This document shows, piece by piece, positions 9,249-17,796 of a stretch of 64,000 nt of DNA. The notes under the pieces are model-generated. The model saw only the letters and a list, made by a program, of their open reading frames with translations, was not told the origin of the DNA and ran no database searches. The stretch is from the NCBI GenBank assembly GCA_034429075.1, contig DAOUGO010000151.1:2020-66019 (forward strand), in the 5' to 3' direction. Both the position numbers and the translations under genes were made by a program. Each line of letters begins with the position of its first letter. The first letter of the stretch is position 1. This DNA comes from Chloroflexota bacterium. GTDB taxonomy: Bacteria > Chloroflexota > UBA6077 > FW602-bin22 > CADDYW01.

Positions 9249-10649
9249 TCAATAGGCATTACGATCGGTGAACACGACGACCAGCGTCTTGAGGAGGATT
9301 TTGATATCCAGCCAGAGCGACCAGTTCTCGATGTACCAGACGTCGTAAGCCGTGCGCTCCTCGATAGAGGTATTTCCTCGCAGGCCATTGACCTGAGCCC
9401 AGCCGGTCAGACCAGCCTTCTCACGGTGGCGCTCGAAGTAACGGGGAATCGTCCGACGGAACTGCTCGACGAAGACCGGTCGCTCCGGGCGCGGCCCGAC
9501 GAGGCTCATATCACCCACCAGGACATTGATGAACTGGGGCAGCTCGTCCAGGGAATAGCGGCGCAGGATAGCCCCCAGACGGGTCCGACGTGGGTCGTTC
9601 GGGACCGCCCAGACGGCACCGGTTTCCTTTTCCGCATCCGGGCGCATCGTCCGAAACTTGATAATCGGAAATGGGCGCCCATCAAGCCCAACGCGCTCCT
9701 GGATCAGGAACACCGGCCCATCTGGTGAGGTTATCTTGATCAAGAGAGCGATCAGGAGCATGAGCGGGGAGAGCAGAACGAGAGCGATCGCGCTAACGAC
9801 AACATCCATCGCCCGCTTGATCGCCAGGTTCCAGCCGCGCAGGGCAACATCCTTGACACTGATTAACGGCAGGCCATTCAGATCGCCGATATTCACCCCT
9901 GAAGTCATGAACTGGAAGAGATCGGGGAAGACCTTAATATTCACCTTCTCGTTAGCGCACTGGGTCACCAGATCAAGAAGCCGCTGCCGGGAAAGGGTCG
10001 GAATAGCGATGACCACATCGTGGATCTGGTGAGTACGCACGACCTCGGCAATAGAGTCGAGAGTGCCCAGGACCGGAAGGCCGTGGGCAACGGTCGGGCC
10101 GGGCTCCTCGGCCAGGAAGCCGACCGGGCGATAGCCAATCCCCGGCGAATGTCGGATGCGCTCCAGCACCAGATGGGCCGGCTCCCCTGTACCGACGATC
10201 AGTAGACGGTGAACACCGATGCCCCGCTTCCGGAGACTAACCTGCAGGCGATAGATGACGTAGCGGACCACGGTGATGTAGAGGATCGAGAGTGCCCAGG
10301 CAAGGGCCACCATGAGACGGGACGAGCTCGTCTCCGGCCAGACGACCGAGGTCGAGACCATGGCAATCGCGGTGGCGACCGAAACACTGGTGAAGATGAG
10401 GTAGATGTGATCGACCCAGGAGATCGAGCGGCGGGGTCGATACATCCCATTGGCCCCGAGGACCACTACGGTCGCGATGACCAGCACGACGAGATAGCCC
10501 AGGTAATTCAGGAAGGGATGGAACTCCTCGAAGGCGATGAGATTACTCGCGAAGCGGAGGTAATAGGCGGTGACAACCGCGTTGACGACGGCAAGCGCGT
10601 CGACCGCCATCAGCACCAGCGTGATGTAGACAACCGACGTTCGCGACAT
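9249..10649 (-). CDS. Polyprenyl-phosphate sugar-1-phosphate transferase (WbaP/large PGT type); initiating enzyme for lipid-linked glycan synthesis.
   Basis: N-terminal TM helices plus a central nucleotide-binding-like domain. The C-terminal bacterial sugar-transferase domain reads SPDGPVFLIQERVGLDGRPFPIIKFRTMRPDAE..RRYSLDELPQFINVLVGDMSLVGPRPERP. Confidence 0.9.
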   Translation of the reverse strand: MSRTSVVYITLVLMAVDALAVVNAVVTAYYLRFASNLIAFEEFHPFLNYLGYLVVLVIATVVVLGANGMYRPRRSISWVDHIYLIFTSVSVATAIAMVSTSVVWPETSSSRLMVALAWALSILYITVVRYVIYRLQVSLRKRGIGVHRLLIVGTGEPAHLVLERIRHSPGIGYRPVGFLAEEPGPTVAHGLPVLGTLDSIAEVVRTHQIHDVVIAIPTLSRQRLLDLVTQCANEKVNIKVFPDLFQFMTSGVNIGDLNGLPLISVKDVALRGWNLAIKRAMDVVVSAIALVLLSPLMLLIALLIKITSPDGPVFLIQERVGLDGRPFPIIKFRTMRPDAEKETGAVWAVPNDPRRTRLGAILRRYSLDELPQFINVLVGDMSLVGPRPERPVFVEQFRRTIPRYFERHREKAGLTGWAQVNGLRGNTSIEERTAYDVWYIENWSLWLDIKILLKTLVVVFTDRNAY

Positions 10650-10689
10650 CCGAAGTCCCTTCGATCGCCTTCCAGGCCTGGCCCGCCAC

Positions 10690-11607
10690 TCAGCGGGCTG
10701 CCGCGGTCCGACCGGGTACCTTCGAGGGAATCTGACTGAGGGCGATCGCGAGCATCCCGCGCAGGTAGATCGCGGCGACGATCAGCCACCGAATCGGCCA
10801 GGCCGTCTGCCGCGCATAGTGCTTGCGGAAAAAGATAAGCATGGCCTGGTAGAAGGCGACCAGGGATTGCACGCTCCGCTGACGGCTGCTCGCTCGCTTG
10901 TAATGGCGCACGACCGTACGCCCATCGTAATAGACCTTCCAGCCAGCCTGCTTGATCCGAAGGGCCCAGTCCAGGTCCTCTCCATACATGAAGAAAGCCT
11001 CGTCCAGCAGACCGACCGTCCGCAGGATCTCCCCGCGGACCATCATGCAGGCACCCGCAACCGCATCTACTTCGGCCACTACGTCTGGATCCAGGTAGGT
11101 CAGGTTGTAGCGCCCAAAGCGGCGGCTTCGGGGGAACAGGCGGCTGAGCCCGGTCAGACGGTAGAGCGAGACAAGCGGCGTGGGGAAACTGCGCCGGCAG
11201 GCAAGGTCAAGCGAACCATCGCCGCGGATCAGCTTCGGGCCAACCACGCCGGCCTCCGGGTGCGCATCCAGGAACGCGACCATATCCGCCAGAGCAGTCG
11301 GCGTCAGCTCAGTATCCGGATTGAGCAGAAGGACATAGCGGGGAAGACCCGTAGGCCCCTCCCGCTCCAGGAGCGCCCGGAGGGCGATGTTGTTCGCCCG
11401 CGCATAGCCGAGATTCTGGTCCAGGGTAACCAGACGGACCCACGGGAACTCGGTCTGCACCATCTCCACCGTTCCATCGCGCGAGCAGTTATCAACAACC
11501 CACGTCTCGAGGCGCGGTGACGGGTCTGACCGGGCGATCGAGACCAGACACGCCCGCAGCAGATCCCGCACATTGTAGCTCACGATAACGATGACGAGGT
11601 CAGGCAC
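10690..11607 (-). CDS. Glycosyltransferase family 2.
   Basis: VIVIVSYNVRDLLRACLVSI..VVDNCSRDGT..LLLNPD; GT-A fold motifs. The likely start is GTG 11607, preceded by GGGGAGG. The ORF track starts at 11634. Confidence 0.85.
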   Translation of the reverse strand: MPDLVIVIVSYNVRDLLRACLVSIARSDPSPRLETWVVDNCSRDGTVEMVQTEFPWVRLVTLDQNLGYARANNIALRALLEREGPTGLPRYVLLLNPDTELTPTALADMVAFLDAHPEAGVVGPKLIRGDGSLDLACRRSFPTPLVSLYRLTGLSRLFPRSRRFGRYNLTYLDPDVVAEVDAVAGACMMVRGEILRTVGLLDEAFFMYGEDLDWALRIKQAGWKVYYDGRTVVRHYKRASSRQRSVQSLVAFYQAMLIFFRKHYARQTAWPIRWLIVAAIYLRGMLAIALSQIPSKVPGRTAAAR

Positions 11608-12554
11608 CGGCCGCCTCCCCGCAGGCGCCACCACACGCCAACCGGGTACCCGAGCATTTTGGCCAGGTCTCCGACCAGACGGAGCAGTGGCACCAGTAGC
11701 AGCGCTGCTCCCAGACGCGCATCAAACCTCCGTCCGTAGGCCCGGATAAGCCGCCGATAGGGCCGCCGGAGGTACAGGCAACCCCCCAGGCCCAGGGCCA
11801 GCCAGGCCGGGTTATACCAGAATCCCAGGCGGAAGACAAGCGGCGCTCCAAGATACGTCAGGTACCGAATCAAGTGCCGATGGAGCCACAGGTTGGCCTT
11901 CCCATCACCCCGCGCATAGAGGAAGTACTGGCGGAAGAAAGCCGCCAGCGATGGGCGCGGGCGAAAGTAGACGACCGCCCCCGGCACCCAGGCGAAGCGC
12001 AGGCCTGCCCGGCGAAGGGCCAGATCGAAGACGACATCCTCGCAGTAGTCCAGCCATTCCGGGTAACCGCCGGCGATCTCCCAGGCCCGCCGCGTATAGG
12101 CGATAGAGCGAGACGAGGGAATGAACCGATCCGGCACGATCTCATCCACATCTGGCAGGGTCGTGGCCCCCAGCGCGCGCTCGAAGAGCGTCCGCGGGTC
12201 GGCCACGAAGAAGCCCATTGCCACGTCCGCGCCCCGGGCGAGCGGCTCGATGATTCGCTCCAGCCAGCGCGGATCAAGCCGCACCCCGGCATCAGTGCAG
12301 GCGATGACATCGCCGGTCGCGGCGGCGATCGCCCGGTTCCGCCCGACCGCGATAGAGGCTCCGGGGCAGGAGATCAGGCGCAGGCCGGCGATGCGGTCGC
12401 CCCAGGCACGAATCCGCGCGACCGTTCGATCGCGCGATCCGCCGTCAACGATTACGACTTCGTCTGGCGGGCGTGTCTGCGCTGCGATCGAGGCGAGCAG
12501 AGCATCAATCGACTGCTCTTCGTTGAGAACGGTGGCAATCAGCGACACCCTCAT
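11580..12554 (-). CDS. Glycosyltransferase family 2 with a C-terminal membrane segment.
   Basis: VSLIATVLNEEQSIDALLASIAAQTRPPDEVVIVDGGSRDRT..CTDAG. ATG 12554 forms an ATGA overlap with the stop of the upstream hydrolase gene (plus strand tcat at 12551-12554). Confidence 0.85.
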   Translation of the reverse strand: MRVSLIATVLNEEQSIDALLASIAAQTRPPDEVVIVDGGSRDRTVARIRAWGDRIAGLRLISCPGASIAVGRNRAIAAATGDVIACTDAGVRLDPRWLERIIEPLARGADVAMGFFVADPRTLFERALGATTLPDVDEIVPDRFIPSSRSIAYTRRAWEIAGGYPEWLDYCEDVVFDLALRRAGLRFAWVPGAVVYFRPRPSLAAFFRQYFLYARGDGKANLWLHRHLIRYLTYLGAPLVFRLGFWYNPAWLALGLGGCLYLRRPYRRLIRAYGRRFDARLGAALLLVPLLRLVGDLAKMLGYPVGVWWRLRGGGRCLTSSSLS

Positions 12555-14371
12555 TGAGATCGCTCCCGCTTCTCGATCACCGCCGGGCATCGCGGGTGTG
12601 CTGCTGTCCAGCCGAGAACCCCCAGTCCAGCGAGAACCCCGGCGATGGTCTCGAAAAGACGCGCTGGGGGCCAGATGCTATCCGCGACGATGCCGTCGAT
12701 CGCGGCGCGGCCGGAGAGAACGCGGACCTCAACGTGGTGGACGCCCGGTCCGAGCCCATCGGCAACCGGCCAGCGCACCTGCCAGCGCTCGGATGGGGCA
12801 GAGAGATCCAGCACCGCCTGCCCATTCACGATCGGCAGGCGATTCGCCTCGAACGGCAGGCCGTCGATCGTGATCGCGAGCCTTCCCCAGGACGGGCCGG
12901 CCGGGGCGACCAGGTCAAACCACGCCGCGTTGATATCGAAGGAGAGCGTCGCACCGGCAGTCGAGCTTTCCTCGACATACCCGAGGCTCGCTCGGGGGTC
13001 AGCGACCCGCGCCCATCCGGGTCCCCAGTGCAAGGCCCAGTGATCCTCCTGATGGTAGCCGCGGTAGAGAACGGGCGGCGACGTCATCAGCCGCTGCAGG
13101 GCGAAGTAGATCGGCTCCTTATGCCAGTTCACATCAACCATGTCGAAGTAGTACTGCTGGGACTGCTGGTTCTGCGGGTAGACCATCCGGAAGTGCCAGA
13201 CGGCCATGACCCCCATCCAGGGCCACTGTTCGGCCGCTCGCTGGTAGGCGCGCACGGTGTACTCGGCCTGCAGATCCCGACTGACGCTCCCCCAGAGCGG
13301 CGGCTCCGGCCAGTTCGGCGGCAGCGAGTTCCAGCCAATCTCGGATGCCCAGATGGGCTTACCAGCATCCCCATTCCGGACCATAATCTCGCGCAGGACG
13401 ACCGGATGCGAGAAGTTCACGTCATTCGGCTGGGTAAAGCGCCAGTCATCTGGTCCATCGCGCAGGCCATAGGCGTTGGTTGAGAGGATATCGAAATACG
13501 GCCGTGCCCCAGCGTCGTACATAGCCTGGAGGAAGAGCGTGTCCGGCATCGCTGTCGCGTCGTTCTGAACAGTCGGCGCCAGTGCAGCGGAGAGAATGAC
13601 CACCGATGGATCGACCTCTTTCGCTCTTATATACGCAACGCGCAACAGGCGGACATAGGCGGCCGGATCCGGGCGCTGCCCCCCCCACTCTACCGCAAGG
13701 TTGGGCTCGTTCCAGATCTGGTAGTAATGCACCTGTCCCTTGTACCGCCGCACTACTGTGGCAACGAAGTCGCCGAAATCGTTGACATCGCGCGGCGGCG
13801 TCCGCTCGGGAATGTGATCTGCCGCCGGCAGCGGCATGGGACGTGCCCACTCCGGGGTGGTATCGATGCGAAAGATCACCTCAAGCCCGCGCTGCCGCGC
13901 GAGTTCGACAATCCGGTCGTAGTTTGCCCACGCACTCTTGCCGGGCACCCGACGGTCCTCATAGAGCCCCTTCCGCGGTCGTTCGACATTACTCCAGAGG
14001 AGTTCCTGCTTGATGAAATGGAAGCCGGCTGCCTTCACCAGATCGAGCGTGCGTGCGACATTCGCCGTCTCAACTTCCTGGTCGAGAAAGACGTTGACTG
14101 CATACGGCGGCACACTCGTATGGGCGATTGGCACCAGGTCGTCGGTCTGGGTCGGCCGAGCAGTCGCCATGGTATACACTGCGAGAATCTGATTCTTCAG
14201 GCGGACGCCGAGGAGACGCACTACCAGTCCGCGAACCGGTGCCCGACTGATGCCCACGAGCCCGACGCCGATGATCAGCACCAGGACAATGACTGCGCAC
14301 AGGTGCCCGATCCTCCAGCGCGCCGGGCTATGGCACCCGGCTGACACCGGCCAGCTCATGGTAGAAGTCAT
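12551..14371 (-). CDS. Membrane-anchored glycoside hydrolase, clan GH-A (GH5-like TIM barrel), with a C-terminal beta-rich extension.
   Basis: Single N-terminal TM helix (LCAVIVLVLIIGVGLVGI). The acid/base motif is YYQIWNEPNL and the nucleophile-like motif is KPIWASEIGWNS. The family number was not verified. Confidence 0.7.
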   Translation of the reverse strand: MTSTMSWPVSAGCHSPARWRIGHLCAVIVLVLIIGVGLVGISRAPVRGLVVRLLGVRLKNQILAVYTMATARPTQTDDLVPIAHTSVPPYAVNVFLDQEVETANVARTLDLVKAAGFHFIKQELLWSNVERPRKGLYEDRRVPGKSAWANYDRIVELARQRGLEVIFRIDTTPEWARPMPLPAADHIPERTPPRDVNDFGDFVATVVRRYKGQVHYYQIWNEPNLAVEWGGQRPDPAAYVRLLRVAYIRAKEVDPSVVILSAALAPTVQNDATAMPDTLFLQAMYDAGARPYFDILSTNAYGLRDGPDDWRFTQPNDVNFSHPVVLREIMVRNGDAGKPIWASEIGWNSLPPNWPEPPLWGSVSRDLQAEYTVRAYQRAAEQWPWMGVMAVWHFRMVYPQNQQSQQYYFDMVDVNWHKEPIYFALQRLMTSPPVLYRGYHQEDHWALHWGPGWARVADPRASLGYVEESSTAGATLSFDINAAWFDLVAPAGPSWGRLAITIDGLPFEANRLPIVNGQAVLDLSAPSERWQVRWPVADGLGPGVHHVEVRVLSGRAAIDGIVADSIWPPARLFETIAGVLAGLGVLGWTAAHPRCPAVIEKRERSQ

Positions 14372-15551
14372 CCAGTCGCGGAAGGATCACCTGCCAATCA
14401 AACCGGCTCCGCACCAGCTCGCGGGCAGAGACGCCCAGTGCCGCTCCCAGGGCCGGCTCCTCCAGCACGCGTACGGTCCGGTCAGCAAACTCCACGGCAG
14501 TCCGTGCCAGGAGATAGTGCTCACCGTCGCGCCCGCCGATCCCGGCGACACCCAGCGGCGTGGAGATGACCGGCACCCCCATGGCCATAGCCTGGAGCAC
14601 CTTCAGCCGAACCCCGCTTCCCATCCGCATCGGTACGACGAGCGCACTGGCTCGATCGAACCACGGACGCTCATCCGGGACGGCGCCGATAATCTCTACA
14701 CCGTCCAGGCGTGCCAGCCGCTGGTACTCCGGGCGCAGATCTCGTCCCACGATCAGGAGTCGAGCTTGCGGTCGGCGCCTGCGGATCAGCGGCCAGATCT
14801 CCGCCGTGAACCAGCTGATCGCGTCGATATTAGGGCGGTAATCCATCTTTCCGATGAACAGGACCGTCTCCCCATTTACCTCGCGCGGTCCGGGTGCGTA
14901 GTGCCCGGTATCAACTCCATTCGGAACAATGCAGGCACGGAGCGGAGGATACAGGGCCCGCAGTGCCGCCTCGTCTTCGCCAGAGACGACGATGACGCCG
15001 TGCACCGCGCGGCAGGCACGCTGCTCATACCGACGGAGACGCCGTGCCTGGATGAACGAGTAGAGTGCAGGTAGCCACTGCCCCGCGCGCACACTGACCC
15101 TCCACGCGGAGGCCTGCAGGCTGTATTCGGCGTTGTGCGCGTCCAGGACGACCAGGGGACCGACTCCGTGCCGTCCGGTGCGCGCGCCCTCCCAGAGCCC
15201 GTACATCTCCAGGCCCTCGATCTGCACGAGATCGAAGGACAAGTGCTCGAGCCGACGACGAACCTGCTCGACAAAGGCCGGTGACCACAGTCGCCGCGCC
15301 AGATCCGGTTCGAGTGAGACGAGTAAGGTCACTATACGCTCGGGGAGTGTCCACCGCGGGGGAGAAAGGATTACCACCTCGCGGGCGTACTCCTGAAGCA
15401 CCCGCATCGCCGCAGTATCGGCGGGATTGCCGAACGCGACAAGCGAGACCTCGTGCTGCCGGCTCAGCCAGCGGAGGAGATAGAAATTCCGCAATGCTGC
15501 CCCGTGGTCCGCCGGGAAAGGCGCGCGCGGGGCAAGCATCAAGACCCGCAT
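14328..15551 (-). CDS. Glycosyltransferase family 4 (GT-B fold).
   Basis: MRVLMLAPRAPFPADHGAALRNFYL.. N-terminus. The C-terminal region reads VVPMRMGSGVRLKVLQAMAMGVPVIST. ATG 15551 is preferred over the ORF-track start at 15623 and overlaps the upstream GT4 stop by 13 nt. Confidence 0.85.
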   Translation of the reverse strand: MRVLMLAPRAPFPADHGAALRNFYLLRWLSRQHEVSLVAFGNPADTAAMRVLQEYAREVVILSPPRWTLPERIVTLLVSLEPDLARRLWSPAFVEQVRRRLEHLSFDLVQIEGLEMYGLWEGARTGRHGVGPLVVLDAHNAEYSLQASAWRVSVRAGQWLPALYSFIQARRLRRYEQRACRAVHGVIVVSGEDEAALRALYPPLRACIVPNGVDTGHYAPGPREVNGETVLFIGKMDYRPNIDAISWFTAEIWPLIRRRRPQARLLIVGRDLRPEYQRLARLDGVEIIGAVPDERPWFDRASALVVPMRMGSGVRLKVLQAMAMGVPVISTPLGVAGIGGRDGEHYLLARTAVEFADRTVRVLEEPALGAALGVSARELVRSRFDWQVILPRLDDFYHELAGVSRVP

Positions 15552-16657
15552 GCCATTGCCTGACGATACACCGCCAACGTCTCCCGCGCTGCGGTCAGCC
15601 AGTCGAACCGACCCGCCCGACACCGCCCGCGCTCACCCAGCTCACGGCGGAGCGTCGGATCATCCCACAGGCAGGCGAGTGCCTGTGCGATCTCCTCAAC
15701 ATCAGTCGGCTCGACGAGAAGCCCTGCATCACCGATCACCTCCGGCAGAGCCGCCACATTGGCGCCGACCACCGGACACCCGCGGGCCATCGCCTCCAGC
15801 GCGGGCAGGCCAAACCCCTCGTAGAGCGATACCAGGACCAGGGCGATCGCTCGGTCATACAGCGCAACGAGATCCTCGCGCGTTACTCCGCCGAGGAAGC
15901 GAACGGCATCCCCGAGACGGGCAGCGGCCTGATCAAGGTCATCCAGGAGCCAGCCGCGCTGGCCAGCCAGCGCAAGCAGCGGGCCGTGCGGGCCGACACG
16001 CTGCCGAAAAAGCTCAAATGCCGTTATCAGGCGTATCAGATTCTTGCGGGGCTCCAGTGTGCCAACGAAGAGAAAGTACGGCCGATCGAGGCCGAAGCGT
16101 TCGACCAGACGGCGCGCCGATCCATCAGGCGGCAGTGTCCTCAGGACTGGATCCACTCCCTCGGCAATCACGGCGATCTTCTCGGCACGTGCCCCGGTCA
16201 GCTCCAGGATGTCGCGGCGTGTCGCTTCAGACACGGCAATGATCCGATCCGCCTCGCGCACTGCACGGTAGATCTGGCCGTAGTAACGACGGCTCTCGGC
16301 GGTCAGCAACTCTGGAAATCGCAGGAAGGCGAGGTCGTGAACCGTCACCACACGCGCCCATGCCGCTCCCAGGCGTGCCGGCGGGATGAAGTCCGGGCTG
16401 TGAACAACATCGACCGACAGCCTCCGCAGCTCAGCACCGAGTGTCCATCGTTCAAGCCGGTGATGGCAGGGCGTCCAGACCACGTGGTGCCGAAATGGGC
16501 ACATCAGTCGGGACTGACGATCGCGACGGCTGACCAGGACGATCACTTCGTCATCGGCGCCGGCGACCTGACGGAATCCCTGAAGAAGGCCGCGGATGTA
16601 GGTCGCCGTTCCGCCCTGCTGATAGGCGAGAAGCCGTGCGTCAATCGCCACTCGCAC
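15539..16657 (-). CDS. Glycosyltransferase family 4 (GT-B fold); first gene of the glycan operon.
   Basis: MRVAIDARLL..GGTATYIRGLL N-terminus and the EX7E-type motif SLYEGFGLPALEAMARGCPVVGANVAALPEV. GTG start at 16657 or 16651. Confidence 0.85.
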   Translation of the reverse strand: MRVAIDARLLAYQQGGTATYIRGLLQGFRQVAGADDEVIVLVSRRDRQSRLMCPFRHHVVWTPCHHRLERWTLGAELRRLSVDVVHSPDFIPPARLGAAWARVVTVHDLAFLRFPELLTAESRRYYGQIYRAVREADRIIAVSEATRRDILELTGARAEKIAVIAEGVDPVLRTLPPDGSARRLVERFGLDRPYFLFVGTLEPRKNLIRLITAFELFRQRVGPHGPLLALAGQRGWLLDDLDQAAARLGDAVRFLGGVTREDLVALYDRAIALVLVSLYEGFGLPALEAMARGCPVVGANVAALPEVIGDAGLLVEPTDVEEIAQALACLWDDPTLRRELGERGRCRAGRFDWLTAARETLAVYRQAMACGS

Positions 16658-16712
16658 TCCGGCGCCCTCGACGACCTGCCTCCGCCCGCGCGGAGCCCGT
16701 AACGCCGGCGCG

Positions 16713-16721
16713 ATTATAGCA
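16713..16721 (-). promoter_or_regulatory. Putative extended -10 promoter element (TGCTATAAT) for the minus-strand glycan operon.
   Basis: The minus strand reads gatgTGCTATAATcgc about 55 nt upstream of the GT4 start. I see no convincing -35 box. A perfect TATAAT is rare in this GC-rich DNA. Confidence 0.35.
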
Positions 16722-16753
16722 CATCAAGGGAGCGGCCTCGTGAAAGAAAGGCA

Positions 16754-16782
16754 TTGCATCAGGGGGGGACTTCAAGTATAAT
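16754..16782 (+). promoter_or_regulatory. Sigma-70-type promoter for tRNA-Arg.
   Basis: TTGCAT (16754-16759), a 17-nt spacer, then TATAAT (16777-16782). The tRNA 5' end lies 12 nt downstream. Confidence 0.55.
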
Positions 16783-16793
16783 TTCCACCGTAA

Positions 16794-16865
16794 GCGCCTG
16801 TAGCTCAGTGGATAGAGCACCGGCCTCCGGAGCCGGGTGCGGGAGTTCGAGTCTCCCCAGGCGTA
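16794..16865 (+). tRNA. tRNA-Arg, anticodon CCG.
   Basis: Hand-folded cloverleaf. The acceptor stem is GCGCCTG/CAGGCGT (G1-U72 wobble) and the D arm is GCTC-AGTGGATA-GAGC. The anticodon arm is CCGGC-CTCCGGA-GCCGG, with CCG at positions 34-36. The T arm is GGGAG-TTCGAGT-CTCCC and the discriminator is A. CCA is not fully encoded (ACCG). Confidence 0.9.
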
Positions 16866-16870
16866 CCGCA

Positions 16871-16903
16871 AAATCCCCTGCTGTGCGTAGGGGATTTTTT
16901 CTT
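16871..16903 (+). terminator. Rho-independent terminator after tRNA-Arg.
   Basis: AAATCCCCT-gctgtgcgt-AGGGGATTT followed by a T-run (TTTTTTCTTT). Confidence 0.75.
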
Positions 16904-16985
16904 TCTCCTGCTTCCAGAGTATCCCTTCCTCAGGCTCCCAGGACGGGACGGCGATACTGTTGCGATGCGGCCAGTCCATTCGAAG

Positions 16986-17021
16986 CAAGAGCCCGCCAGT
17001 CCGCAGGCTGGCGGGCTCTTG
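16986..17021 (-). terminator. Perfect 14-bp inverted repeat immediately downstream of tatC; a probable terminator hairpin without a U-tract.
   Basis: CAAGAGCCCGCCAG-tccgcagg-CTGGCGGGCTCTTG, 14 nt after the tatC stop, between the convergent tRNA and tatC. Confidence 0.5.
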
Positions 17022-17034
17022 CGTGTGGCCTGTA

Positions 17035-17796
17035 TCAGGCAATGCGCGCGAAGAGGATACCGAGCTCGTACAGAAGGTACAGCGGGATCGCGACCAGGGT
17101 TTGATTAAACGGATCAGGGGTTGGCGTAATCGCCGCGGCGATGATGAACACCGCCAGGATGGCGTACTTCCGGTACGATGCCAGACGCCGCACATTAACG
17201 ATATTCACCTTCGCAAGCATATAGATGATCAGCGGCGTCTCGAAAGCCAGTCCAAGCCACAGCTCGATGGTCGTGACGAAGCCGATGTAGTTGCTGATCC
17301 GAATGAACGGCTGGGCAACATTGCTGAAGGTCAGGAGATAATGCGTCGCGAACGGCAACACGACGAAATAGCCGAACAGCATCCCGGTGATGAAGAGGAT
17401 GCTGACCAGCGGTAAGAGCGTGATGACGATTCGCCGCTCCTTCCGAGTAAGCCCCGGTCCCACAAAGGCGAAGATCTCATACACGAACACCGGCATGGCC
17501 AGCGCGATCCCCGTCATGATCGCCACCTTGAAATAGGTGGTGAACATCTCGGTCATGTCGGTGAAGACGGTATTGAAGTTCGCCCCGGCCGGGCGCAGGA
17601 GCAGGTGAAAGACGGGATCGGAGAAGAGAAGGCCGATAACCGTTCCGATCACGAGAGCAATCGCACAAACCGTCAGTCGAGCGCGGAGTTCCTGGAGATG
17701 CTCGACGATCGTCATCTCCGGACCGCCGACTTCCTCCTCCTCACCCTCCGGTCCGGCCAGCACCCATTCCTTCAGCTTCTCAGCAACCGTACTCAC
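17035..17796 (-). CDS. tatC: Twin-arginine translocase subunit TatC.
   Basis: MTIVEHLQELRARL.. start region and six hydrophobic helices in the typical TatC layout. There is a 4-nt overlap with the upstream tatA/B-like gene. Confidence 0.95.
   Translation of the reverse strand: MSTVAEKLKEWVLAGPEGEEEEVGGPEMTIVEHLQELRARLTVCAIALVIGTVIGLLFSDPVFHLLLRPAGANFNTVFTDMTEMFTTYFKVAIMTGIALAMPVFVYEIFAFVGPGLTRKERRIVITLLPLVSILFITGMLFGYFVVLPFATHYLLTFSNVAQPFIRISNYIGFVTTIELWLGLAFETPLIIYMLAKVNIVNVRRLASYRKYAILAVFIIAAAITPTPDPFNQTLVAIPLYLLYELGILFARIA

Noticed and set aside
15281-16702. A 473-aa plus-strand ORF antisense to the two GT4 genes. Similar long antisense ORFs occur at 7224..8030, 8847..9728, 37141..38691, 46314..47741, 57231..58604 and 60990..61808 (plus strand) and at 4475..5281 and 63204..63911 (minus strand).
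   Set aside because: All of them overlap genes with clear family motifs on the other strand, have Arg/Pro-biased composition, and lack start-site signals. I treat them as GC-driven shadow ORFs.
16794-16865. tRNA-Arg as a possible integration site flanking a genomic island; the glycan locus lies on one side of it.
   Set aside because: I see no integrase, no direct repeat of the tRNA 3' end and no mobility genes on either side. Composition looks uniform by eye.
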